The translations under genes were made by a program, and so were the position numbers. Shown one piece after another: positions 9,067 to 18,808 of a stretch of DNA of 44,003 bases. This stretch comes from an uncultured Clostridia bacterium. Lineage in GTDB: Bacteria; Bacillota; Clostridia; TANB77; CAG-508. The DNA lies in assembly GCA_947630155.1 (NCBI GenBank), contig CANRGM010000002.1:1-44003 (forward strand), in the 5' to 3' direction. A model generated the notes under the pieces. It worked only from the letters and a program-made list of their open reading frames with translations, did no database searches and was not told the origin of the DNA. Numbering within the stretch: the stretch's first letter is position 1; each line of letters opens with the position of its first letter.

Positions 9067-9772
9067 ATGAGTAAGTTTATTATTTTGTTTATAATTTTAA
9101 GGATGACGTATATGAATCAAGATATTGGAAAGTTAAATATTAATACAAACAGTAATGGGGTTGAAGTATTTAATAATCAAGAAGAAATAAGGAAAGAAAA
9201 CGTTTTTACTTCAGAACCAATACCTAATAATGTATATGAAAAAATGCTGGGAAAATCTATTCCTATGGAGTACAAAGATGTGGTAAATATAGACGAATTG
9301 AGATATTTGAAAATAACATATTGGGGATTTGATAGTAAAACTCATGTTGGAGAAATGATAGTAAATTCTAATGTTGATCAAGAGGTTTTAGATATTTTTA
9401 ATGAGTTGTATGAAATAAAATATCCGATAGAAAAAATTAATTTAATAGATAAGTATAATGCTAATGATGAATTATCTATGTCAGATAATAATACCTCTAG
9501 CTTTTGTTATAGAGTGGTTTCAGGCACTAATAATTTATCTAACCATGCAAAACGGTGTAGCAATAGATATTAATCCATTATATAATCCTTATGTAGTAAA
9601 TGGGACAGTAAGTCCAGTGTCTGCTAAATTATATGTTGATAGAAATTTAAATTTAGAACATCAAATAAATAGAGATGATGATGTGTATAAGATTTTTGCT
9701 AAATATGGTTGGGATTGGGGAGGAGATTGGAGTAATAAAAAAGATTATCAACATTTTGAGAAAACAAAATAA
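9067..9772 (+). CDS. M15 family (D,D-carboxypeptidase-like) metallopeptidase, split by a +1 frameshift at CGG 9553
   Basis: Skipping C9553 gives SNHAKGVAIDINPLYNPY...WGGDW..KDYQHFE (234 aa); could alternatively be a pseudogene or sequence error. Confidence 0.85.
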
Positions 9773-9872
9773 ATTTGATTATGATTATTATGTATTAATA
9801 TATACAGTTTATTAATGAGCCATTCAACTCAACAGCTAGACCATAATATGCAAGTTGGGTTAAATGGCATAT

Positions 9873-10391
9873 TCATTTCTCATCATATGTTACATGTTGT
9901 TTGTTTTGTGAATTTTTAACAGTTTTCTTATACATTTCTAAAGCCTCCATATTTTTATCATAATCGTCTAATAAAATTCCAAGCCTTAATTGCCTATCTT
10001 TTAGCTGATTTGATACTGATTTACATGCATCAGTATTTTTATTTTTAGATAGTCGTGTATATATCTTTTCTAATCTTTCTTGTAATTTTCTTTTTATAAT
10101 TCTGTCTAAAGCTATTTTATAGGAGCCAAAATCTGATGAGTGAGATGAATTTGATGATTGATATTTTCTATAGTTTTCTATAATTTTCATGTTATAATTA
10201 AAATTTTTAAAAATATATAGAATTCCATTTTTTCTATTTCTGATATGTCTTCCATATTCTGGAACATCAGAAGAAAGTTCTAATTTGCTTAATTCATGAG
10301 AGATAGTATCTCTAATTTTTTTATCTATTTTTTTAGAATTTTTTGTTATGGATTCTATGTTAACTTTTAAATTATCTTTAAAATCATTCAT
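9873..10391 (-). CDS. Hypothetical basic/coiled-coil protein
   Basis: 172-aa ORF with AAGGAAGTG RBS; no recognisable motif. Confidence 0.65.
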   Translation of the reverse strand: MNDFKDNLKVNIESITKNSKKIDKKIRDTISHELSKLELSSDVPEYGRHIRNRKNGILYIFKNFNYNMKIIENYRKYQSSNSSHSSDFGSYKIALDRIIKRKLQERLEKIYTRLSKNKNTDACKSVSNQLKDRQLRLGILLDDYDKNMEALEMYKKTVKNSQNKQHVTYDEK

Positions 10392-10498
10392 AATATCACT
10401 TCCTTTTTACTCCATATAATATATTTTATGATTTTGATTTATATTAGATTACAGATTTTGAAAAAATTAGTATTATTTTGTCTACTTTTAGTCTGTAT

Positions 10499-10577
10499 TT
10501 GTTGTCAATGGGGACGGAGATTTTTGACACACCTTTTTATTTATTGTGTCAAAAATCTCCGTCCCCATTGACAACAA
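10499..10577. repeat. REP/REPIN-like long hairpin
   Basis: Perfect 33-bp arms TTGTTGTCAATGGGGACGGAGATTTTTGACACA with a 13-nt loop, between divergent genes. Confidence 0.85.
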
Positions 10578-10707
10578 TTTTAAAAGAAAAAAATAAAAGA
10601 AGTATTGTAATAAAATCAACCTTATGATATGATTTCATCAAGGTTTAGTGTGGCTAACTAAAGATAAAATTAAAACAAACATAACAAAAGAAAGGGGAGA
10701 TTAAATA

Positions 10708-13700
10708 ATGAAAAAAGTGCTAAGATTTATGATTGTCATTAGCATTTTATTTTCTTTATTGGCTGGGAATATCTCGGCAATTGCTGTTAATGTTGAAAAT
10801 GATAATACATTACAAAGTACAAGCAGTAAAGAAAATGAAAATGCAAATAACAATGAAAAGGATACAGCAACAGATGATACTAATGAAAGTGAACCAAAAG
10901 ATGATGCTAATGAAAGTGAACAAACAGATAATTCTAATGGTAGTGTAACAACAGATTCAAGTGATAATTCAAACCAAAGTACAGATCAAGAAAATTCAGG
11001 TGAAGGCAATGATGACAAAGTATCTGAAGAGACAAGCTCTGGCAATGAAGATAATAATGAGTCTGATGAAGTGAGTTCAAAATCAACAAGTAGTTCAACT
11101 AATGGAACAGAAAATAATAATTATACTAATAAAGGTACAAGAAACATAAGTACACAAGAAAATGAAAACTTAAATCAAATAAGTAATTCTATAGAAGAAC
11201 CTGAAATAAAAACTGGAAAACTCTTTATTAATATAGATTTAAGATTACCACAGAGTCAACCAGATTTAAATGTTAGCCTAAACAAACAACATACTTCTGA
11301 TTATGAAAAAATTACAGAAAAGTCATATGATGGTGAAAAAGCATATTATACATATGATAATTTAAATCCAGGGATATATATTTTATCTATAAGTGGAAAT
11401 GGATATCAAAAATTTACCCAAAATATTGAAATACAGGAAAATATGACATCAGAACTAAGCCTTATTAATGGACATGATAGTGATAATTTATCAATAGTGG
11501 AATCAAAGCAAGTTGGTGTGATTGGAATTGGAGATATTTATCCAAATGGTCAGCCAGATGGAATAATAAATTCAAATGATGAAACAGAAATGGTCAACCA
11601 AATTGAAAGTAGAAAATATAATTCTAAATATGATTTAAATCAAGATGGAAAAATAGATATTATAGATTTATCTTATATTTCAATAAATAAAGATAAGGGA
11701 TATACAGGAGGTAAAATTTCGTATATAGCAAATATAGATTTAGCTGAAGCTAAAATAACATCTGATATAGGCGTTGTAGAAGAAACAAATGGTACATTAG
11801 AAGATTTATTAAAGAATAATGAAAAATATGTAACTTTGAAACCAACACAAGGAGAAATTTCATCTGTAAATCCTGTAGAAATTACTTTAGATTTAGGGGA
11901 AAATAATGCTCCTTCAGAAGCTATTACAATTGCTCCATCTGCAAATTCTGAAAATAATATAGAAAGTGGTATAGTTACAGTTGAAACTGTTGAGGGAGAT
12001 ATAATAGAAGCTAAAATAGCAAAGAATACTATAGATGCTATAAAAAATAATTTAGCAACTATAAATAGTGAAAATGTTATGGCAAATAATAATAAACCAT
12101 TATATAAAATTGCTACATTAGGTGATACACCAATTGCATTAAAAGCAGAAACTACAAAAGCTGAAACAAATGCATTGGTTACTATAGATAATGATGGTAC
12201 TATTGTAATAAATTTAGGAAATAAAGTTGCAGTAAAGAAAGTTACAATAAAAGTAACAGGAACTAAAAGTAATAAATTAGCAGATATATCAAAAGTAGAA
12301 TTTTTAAATGGAATGGATGATAGAATTCCAGCACCACAACTAGATATTCCTACAAATGTTACAGGAATTCCAGGTAGTGAGCAATTTACTGTATCATGGG
12401 ATAGTATGAAAAATGTAACAGGTTATGAAGTATCTATTACATCTAATGGAATAACAGAGCATATTATTGCAGAAGGTCATACTGTAACAATAGAAAGTTT
12501 CAATAATGATAAAATTGTAAATTATACAGAATATGAAGTAAAAGTTCAATCTATAAATGGTGAGTGGAAGAGTGGATATAGTAGAGCAATTAAAGTAACA
12601 CCAAAACCAGATAATAGACCAGAACCACCAGATAATTTGAAGCTTACAGGTGGCAATAAGGAAATTTCTGCTACATGGAAAAATATGAAAAGCACACAAT
12701 CATACAATGTATATTATAGATTATATGAAACAGGTAATTACATAAAAGTTGCAGAAAATATTCCAACAAATAGTTATACAATTACAGGTTTAGCTGAAAA
12801 AGAGAAATATCAAGTATATGTAACAGGTGTTAATGAATTGGGTGAAAGTAAACCATCAATAGTTAGTGTTGCAGAAACATCAGTTATTGAACCTGCAAAA
12901 CTGCCAAAATATAAATTAATTAATACAGCAACAGAAGAAGGTAAGGTAACAAATCATATTACTAATGCAACATTAAATAAGTGGAGTATGGTTGATAGTC
13001 CATTAGATTCAGGAAAAACTGCATTAGGTGTTGTGGATAATAATTTCCGTTCATATTATCAAGCAGATGATTGGGATGTTGGTGGACATTATACAGGTGA
13101 AAAAACACCTACAATAGAATTTGATAATTATTATACAATGAGTTATTTTACAATGGCACAAATTGAAAATTTAGGATCAATTGAAAAAGCTCATGTAATG
13201 TATTGGGACAAATCAGGAAATAAAAAATTAGTAGAAGCATCACAGGTAGTTACAAGAAAAGATGATAACGGAAGAGATTATACTGTTATAAAACTTGATG
13301 AGCCTATAACTACAAATAAAATAAATATAGGTGTTGGTAGAGGTTCATCATACATAAGAAAGATTACTATTGCTGAAATGTGTTTCTATTATGATGATTC
13401 ACTTGAAAGAGATATAAATGCATTATATGCAGACCAAATGCATGTAACATTAAAAGATAATGTAACAAGCGCTACAATAGATGAATTACAAAAAAGATTA
13501 GATACACCTGATGAAGTAAGTGGAGAATATAATCCAGAAAAAGAAAATCTTCAAAAAGAAATTGATACAGCAAGAGAGATATTAAATAATAAAAACTTAA
13601 ATAAAGCTGTACAAATAGATACAACTGTAACATCTGCAAAAGATGGACATATTACATTTAAAGGTGGATTAAATGCTTGGCAACCATTAGGAGTTGTTGC

Positions 13701-16332
13701 ACATGGTGGAGAAACTATTACAATTTATGTAGGAAATCCAAACAAAAAAATAGGAGATAATACAAACTTACAATTAATTTCAACTCAATACCATCCAGAA
13801 GCAGCATATTGGAAGAGTAATTCTACTCCAACATTAAAGGTTGGTAAAAATGAAATAACTATTCCAAAAATTGGAAGCTTGGATACAGAAAGTGGAGGTT
13901 CTTTGTATATTAATTATACAGGAAATAACCCAAATGAGGTTTATGGTGTTAGAGTAAGTGGTGGTCATGAAATTCCAGTATTAGATTTAACAAAGGTAAC
14001 TACTGAACAAGATAAAAAGACAGCTGTTAAAACTTATGTTGAAGAATTGGAAAAGGTAGTTCCACAAATTGAAAGCGAACACAATAAGGTTCATAAAGGA
14101 AGCGGAAAATCTGAAATAGATCGTAACTATGTTGAAAAAGATTGTATACTTGGTGCAACAGAAATAGTTTTAGATCAAATGATGTATTCTGTATCATCAA
14201 AGAGAATACTTGCAGGCTTAGGTGATGGAACAATAGATGAAAAAACAGAAAAATTATATAATTCATTAGTAGCAATGAGTGATATGGTAGATTTATTCTA
14301 TTCTCATAAAGGATTAACTAAAGATCCTGAAGCAGAAAAAATAAATCAATATCCATCAAGTAGATTAAATATTCGTTATCATAGAATGTTCGCAGGTGCA
14401 TTTATGTATGCTGGAGGACAACATATTGGTATTGAATGGAATGAAGTTGCAGGATTATCACAAGGAAATCCAATAGTAACAAATGCACAAGGAAAATATG
14501 TATCAGGGAATTATTTTGGATGGGGAATTGCCCATGAAATTGGACATATCATAAATGAAAGTGCTTATGTACATGCCGAAGTTACAAATAACTATTTCTC
14601 AGTATTAGCACAAGCACAAGATACAAATGAATCAGTAAGATTCCAATATCCAGAAGTATACAAAAAAGTTACATCAGGAACAATTGGAAAAGCTTCAAAT
14701 GTATTTACTCAATTAGGTTTATATTGGCAATTACACTTAGCTTATGATAAAGGTGGATATAACTTTAAAATGTTTAACACATATCAAGAACAATATAATA
14801 ACTTAGTATTCTCAAGAATGGATACATATGCAAGAATGTACGCAAGTTTAAGTGCAAAGGATAAACCTGCAGGAGTAAAGGTTGAAGAAGGAAATGCAAT
14901 TGGATTAGTTTTAGATTCAAATTCAGATAATAATTTAATGAGATTAGCTTGTGCAGCAACTAAGAAAAACTTACTAGAATTCTTCGAAAGATGGGGAATG
15001 GTTCCAAATGAACAAACTATAGCATTTGCAGAACAATTTGAAAAAGAAACTAAAGCAATCTACTATATAAATGATGAAGCAAGAGCATATCAATTAGCAA
15101 AGAAATCTGCAATGGTTTCAGGAACAACAGTAGTTGCTTCATTAGAAAAAGAGGATAACAGCAATCAAGTAAAAATTAAATTAGGAAATAATAATCAATC
15201 AGCAAACTCAGAAGCAATGTTAGGATATGAAATAATCAGAAGTTATTGGGATAATGATAAAGAAGTTTCAAGACCAGTAGCATTTGTAACTGCTGATAAC
15301 ACAGAATATATAGATACAATTGAAACTGTAAACAATAGAGTATTTACATATAAAGTTATAGGATATGATAAATATCTAAATGAAACTAAAGAGTTAGTAT
15401 TAGATCCAGTAAAAGTATCACATGATGGAAGTCTTGGAAAAGATGATTGGGTAATAGAAACAAACTTAGTTTCTGATGAGGATTCTACACAAGATGCAGA
15501 TGACAATTCTGGAACACCATGTGAACCAGAAAAGGTAAAAGCAATTTCAAAAATAGCTAATAAAGATTATAGTGATGATTATGAAGGAACAGCTCCAAAT
15601 AATCAAAATGGAGAAATTATAATATCTTTAGATGAAGTTAAAACTTTAGTTGGACTAAAATATAAAGCTGGTAATGTTAGAGCAATTACAGATTATGAAA
15701 TTCAAATAAGTACAGATAAATCAAATTGGGAAACAGTAAAAGTAGGTAAATTTAGATTAGATGATAACAAAACACAAACTGTCTACTTTAACAAAGATAA
15801 TGATGACAGACTATATACATATAGAGCATCATATGTAAAACTTGTAATAACTGATCAAAAAGTAGTTTCCATTGCAGAATTAGATTTACTTGGTGAAACA
15901 GGTGATAATGTAGAATTAGTACCTAATGGAATTGGTAAATTAACTTCAGATTTACAATATGGAACTAAAGAGCAAGTTATTCCAGCAGGATCTATTGTAT
16001 TTACAGGAACTTATAAAGGTAACCCAGCTTATAATGTTGTAAAACTATGGAATGAGAATAATGAAATAGTTGAAGGAAGTCAAATAATATTAGCTGATGA
16101 ACCTGCTCATGGAGAATTAGGAGAAGTAAGTGAAGGTATATGGATTTACTGGATTGAGCCAACTGATACAGAAGCCTATAATAAGATTCCAAAATCAGTT
16201 AGAGCAGAATTGTATCGTGTTGATAATGCTGAAACAAATGAAGGAGAAAGATTAACAAGTGATACATTACGTGTAAGTGTACCAAGTAAATTACCTTCTA
16301 TCACACTTGATAATATAAAAACTTTAGAATAA
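10708..16332 (+). CDS. Secreted multimodular M60-like zinc metallopeptidase (dockerin-like repeat, Fn3 x2, M60 catalytic domain, F5/8-like module)
   Basis: Signal peptide; DLNQDGKIDIIDL; Fn3 patterns; WQPLG..A, GG.LY and WGIAHEIGH..EVTNN gluzincin motif. Confidence 0.85.
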   Translation: MKKVLRFMIVISILFSLLAGNISAIAVNVENDNTLQSTSSKENENANNNEKDTATDDTNESEPKDDANESEQTDNSNGSVTTDSSDNSNQSTDQENSGEGNDDKVSEETSSGNEDNNESDEVSSKSTSSSTNGTENNNYTNKGTRNISTQENENLNQISNSIEEPEIKTGKLFINIDLRLPQSQPDLNVSLNKQHTSDYEKITEKSYDGEKAYYTYDNLNPGIYILSISGNGYQKFTQNIEIQENMTSELSLINGHDSDNLSIVESKQVGVIGIGDIYPNGQPDGIINSNDETEMVNQIESRKYNSKYDLNQDGKIDIIDLSYISINKDKGYTGGKISYIANIDLAEAKITSDIGVVEETNGTLEDLLKNNEKYVTLKPTQGEISSVNPVEITLDLGENNAPSEAITIAPSANSENNIESGIVTVETVEGDIIEAKIAKNTIDAIKNNLATINSENVMANNNKPLYKIATLGDTPIALKAETTKAETNALVTIDNDGTIVINLGNKVAVKKVTIKVTGTKSNKLADISKVEFLNGMDDRIPAPQLDIPTNVTGIPGSEQFTVSWDSMKNVTGYEVSITSNGITEHIIAEGHTVTIESFNNDKIVNYTEYEVKVQSINGEWKSGYSRAIKVTPKPDNRPEPPDNLKLTGGNKEISATWKNMKSTQSYNVYYRLYETGNYIKVAENIPTNSYTITGLAEKEKYQVYVTGVNELGESKPSIVSVAETSVIEPAKLPKYKLINTATEEGKVTNHITNATLNKWSMVDSPLDSGKTALGVVDNNFRSYYQADDWDVGGHYTGEKTPTIEFDNYYTMSYFTMAQIENLGSIEKAHVMYWDKSGNKKLVEASQVVTRKDDNGRDYTVIKLDEPITTNKINIGVGRGSSYIRKITIAEMCFYYDDSLERDINALYADQMHVTLKDNVTSATIDELQKRLDTPDEVSGEYNPEKENLQKEIDTAREILNNKNLNKAVQIDTTVTSAKDGHITFKGGLNAWQPLGVVAHGGETITIYVGNPNKKIGDNTNLQLISTQYHPEAAYWKSNSTPTLKVGKNEITIPKIGSLDTESGGSLYINYTGNNPNEVYGVRVSGGHEIPVLDLTKVTTEQDKKTAVKTYVEELEKVVPQIESEHNKVHKGSGKSEIDRNYVEKDCILGATEIVLDQMMYSVSSKRILAGLGDGTIDEKTEKLYNSLVAMSDMVDLFYSHKGLTKDPEAEKINQYPSSRLNIRYHRMFAGAFMYAGGQHIGIEWNEVAGLSQGNPIVTNAQGKYVSGNYFGWGIAHEIGHIINESAYVHAEVTNNYFSVLAQAQDTNESVRFQYPEVYKKVTSGTIGKASNVFTQLGLYWQLHLAYDKGGYNFKMFNTYQEQYNNLVFSRMDTYARMYASLSAKDKPAGVKVEEGNAIGLVLDSNSDNNLMRLACAATKKNLLEFFERWGMVPNEQTIAFAEQFEKETKAIYYINDEARAYQLAKKSAMVSGTTVVASLEKEDNSNQVKIKLGNNNQSANSEAMLGYEIIRSYWDNDKEVSRPVAFVTADNTEYIDTIETVNNRVFTYKVIGYDKYLNETKELVLDPVKVSHDGSLGKDDWVIETNLVSDEDSTQDADDNSGTPCEPEKVKAISKIANKDYSDDYEGTAPNNQNGEIIISLDEVKTLVGLKYKAGNVRAITDYEIQISTDKSNWETVKVGKFRLDDNKTQTVYFNKDNDDRLYTYRASYVKLVITDQKVVSIAELDLLGETGDNVELVPNGIGKLTSDLQYGTKEQVIPAGSIVFTGTYKGNPAYNVVKLWNENNEIVEGSQIILADEPAHGELGEVSEGIWIYWIEPTDTEAYNKIPKSVRAELYRVDNAETNEGERLTSDTLRVSVPSKLPSITLDNIKTLE

Positions 16333-16363
16333 AAAAATCACAAAATTCTGAAAGGAGGACAAA

Positions 16364-17281
16364 ATGAAATTTAAGAAATCAATTATAATAGGTATTGTAC
16401 TTCTAGTTATAGTTATTATTGCTGTTAAAAGTCAAATATCGGCTAGTAATGATGATCAAGATAATTCTGTTCCAATAGATAGAACAAGTGTAATATTAGT
16501 CAAAGATGAAAATGATGAAAAATTAATTCATGTTCGTCTAGGAATGAAAGAAGACGCAAGTGTTGCATCTTTCCAAATTGGTTTAGATTTAAATATAACA
16601 AATGATGCAGAAGTTGAATTTACATGGAGTGAAAATTTAAATGAAGAAAAATTCAAAGAGTACAGATATAACAAACCAAGCAATGATACATCAGATAGAT
16701 TAGAAAAAAGATTGAATCTATATTATGTTGGAACACAAGAATTAAATGATGGGGAAAATAATGAACTTGATATTGGAACAATCAAAATTACAGAAAATAA
16801 AGAAGCAACAGTAAAAATATCTCCAGATGCTGAATTTACAACTATTGAGTCAATAGGTTATACACCTACTGAATTAGAAATTAAAGAAGAGGATACGTTG
16901 AGTTATATAATGAATGATGAAACACCAGGAACTTCAGAAACACCAGGAACTTCAGAAACTCCAGAGACTCCAGGAACTCCAGAGACCCCAGGAACTCCAG
17001 AGACTCCAGGAACTTCAGAAACTCCAGGAACTCCAGAAACACCAGGAACACCAGGAAACCCAGGAACCACAGAAACTCCAGGAATCCCAGGAACTCCAGA
17101 AACTCCAGAAGAACAAAAGGATAAGGGAGTTGCAGGAATAATTCCAATTATATATCCAAATACAGGTATAGTTTGGGTAAATAATGTATTATTTGCAGCT
17201 GAAATAGTGGTATTTGCCGTAATAATTTTGGCTATTATACGCAGAATAAATAAAAAACAAGTAAAACGCAGTAAACATTAA
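16364..17281 (+). CDS. Surface-anchored protein: cohesin-like domain, PT-rich stalk, YPNTG sorting-like motif and TM
   Basis: Signal peptide, beta-rich domain, (E/G)TP repeats, YPNTG, hydrophobic helix, basic tail. Confidence 0.7.
   Translation: MKFKKSIIIGIVLLVIVIIAVKSQISASNDDQDNSVPIDRTSVILVKDENDEKLIHVRLGMKEDASVASFQIGLDLNITNDAEVEFTWSENLNEEKFKEYRYNKPSNDTSDRLEKRLNLYYVGTQELNDGENNELDIGTIKITENKEATVKISPDAEFTTIESIGYTPTELEIKEEDTLSYIMNDETPGTSETPGTSETPETPGTPETPGTPETPGTSETPGTPETPGTPGNPGTTETPGIPGTPETPEEQKDKGVAGIIPIIYPNTGIVWVNNVLFAAEIVVFAVIILAIIRRINKKQVKRSKH
16919..17110 (+). repeat. Coding 9-bp tandem repeat (GAA/GGA ACN CCA) encoding ETP/GTP
   Basis: About 21 degenerate 9-bp units. Confidence 0.9.
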
Positions 17282-17287
17282 AATATT

Positions 17288-17327
17288 AAGAGAAATTTAG
17301 GGACGTCCCTTAAATTTCTCTTTTTTT
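17288..17327 (+). terminator. Terminator hairpin with GGGACGTCCC core
   Basis: AAGAGAAATTTAGGGAC/GTCCCTTAAATTTCTCTT followed by a T tract. Confidence 0.75.
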
Positions 17328-17361
17328 CTACTCTACTAAAAAATCAATTCTTTAAAATTGG

Positions 17362-17390
17362 TTTACACTGATAAATAAAGATGTTATAAT
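17362..17390 (+). promoter_or_regulatory. SigA-type promoter of MFS/ABC-F operon
   Basis: TTTACA-17 nt-TATAAT with extended TG. Confidence 0.7.
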
Positions 17391-17426
17391 AAATAAAAAT
17401 AATCTATTTAAAAGGATGTGATAATT

Positions 17427-17462
17427 ATGATTAAAAGTAACAGCAAAGTGATTTTGAACTAA
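17427..17462 (+). CDS. Putative leader peptide MIKSNSKVILN
   Basis: AAAGGATGTG RBS then an 11-aa ORF in a ~175-nt leader. Confidence 0.45.
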   Translation: MIKSNSKVILN

Positions 17463-17570
17463 TATATAATATAAAAAGCTAAATGTTAATTACATATATT
17501 TGAGGTTATATATTTTTTGAAAATCACTGAAAAAGAAAATTTAACAAATAAAAAATAAGGAGAACTGAAA

Positions 17571-18788
17571 ATGAAAAAATATATAACAAAAACAAAAGAA
17601 AAAAATGTAATTAAAATAAATATGAGAATAATGGGATTATTAAACCTGTTAATGGATTTCAAATTGTATGGAGCATTTGCTATAATTTATTATTCAGAAA
17701 TATCAAATTCAATGATGTTAGGAATGAGTATATTTAGCATAACAATGATATCTGCTGCCATTTTTGAATTCCCAACAGGTATTATTGCAGATAAAATAGG
17801 AAGAAAAAACACAGTGATTATGGGATGCATAAATTCATTGATTTATGCAATTATTCTGGCTTTGACTAACTCATATACTGGTTTAGTTGTAGCTGCAATA
17901 TTTGAAGGATTAGAAAGAGCATTCTTTAGTGGAAATAACACTGCTTTTATATATGATACATTGAAAGAAAATGACAAAGAAAATGAATATAAACATTATT
18001 TAGGAAAAGTAAATTCTATGTATTATGTAGCTGGAATTTTAAGCACAATATTAGGAGCTGTAATATCATATTTCACTTCAATAAAAGTATTAATTGTGTT
18101 TTCTGTAGTTCCAAGAATATTTGAAGTAATATTAGCATTTGCCTTGAAAGATGTAAAAAAATATTCAAATGAAGATGAAAATATTTTTGCTCAAGTAAAA
18201 AATGTAATGAAATTAGTAAAAAACAATAAAATACTAAAAAAACAAATAATAGCAGATGGAATTTCTGAGGGAATAGGAGAAGCTACATATCAATTTAGAA
18301 GTGAATTTTACAAAATGGTGTGGCCGTTATGGAGTGTTGGAATTCCTGGTATTCTATGTAATGTTGGAGCTTTTATTGGAAGTTGGTTTAGCGGAAAAGT
18401 ATTGAAAAAATGGGCTAATGAAAAAGTAATAATATTTTCAAACCTATTTAGCATTGCATCAAATTGGCTTAGTTTATTAATGAACAATGTGTTATCTCCA
18501 TTTGTAATGATTACAAATTCAGTATTTACAACAGATGTAGCTACAAGTGATATATCTCAAAGTTTATATAAAGATGAATATAGAAGTAGTATGGGCTCAT
18601 TAAAATCTCTTGTAGCAAGTGTGTTATATGCCATCTTTGCTATTTTAGTAGGATTTATTGCTGATTGGAAAGGTGCTGTAGTAGCTTTATTTTTAGCACA
18701 GATATTGAAATTTATTGTTGTGGGATTATATGGTAAAATTTATGTAATGAGAAAAAATGATAAAATTTCTAAAAAAGTGTTGACATAG
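17571..18788 (+). CDS. MFS transporter
   Basis: EFPTGIIADKIGRK motif A; about 12 hydrophobic segments. Confidence 0.9.
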   Translation: MKKYITKTKEKNVIKINMRIMGLLNLLMDFKLYGAFAIIYYSEISNSMMLGMSIFSITMISAAIFEFPTGIIADKIGRKNTVIMGCINSLIYAIILALTNSYTGLVVAAIFEGLERAFFSGNNTAFIYDTLKENDKENEYKHYLGKVNSMYYVAGILSTILGAVISYFTSIKVLIVFSVVPRIFEVILAFALKDVKKYSNEDENIFAQVKNVMKLVKNNKILKKQIIADGISEGIGEATYQFRSEFYKMVWPLWSVGIPGILCNVGAFIGSWFSGKVLKKWANEKVIIFSNLFSIASNWLSLLMNNVLSPFVMITNSVFTTDVATSDISQSLYKDEYRSSMGSLKSLVASVLYAIFAILVGFIADWKGAVVALFLAQILKFIVVGLYGKIYVMRKNDKISKKVLT

Positions 18789-18808
18789 TTTATAGAGGAG
18801 GAATTTTC

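Noticed and set aside
9458-9552. Independent start for ORF 9458-9772, and likewise ORF 21168-21365
   Set aside because: These are the C-terminal halves of frameshifted genes; the upstream part of the 9458 frame is not protein-like.
16919-17110. Tandem repeat as CRISPR array; overlapping ORFs 16881-17147(-) and 16914-17141(+)
   Set aside because: 9-bp in-frame coding repeat with no spacers; alternative frames are open only because of the periodicity.
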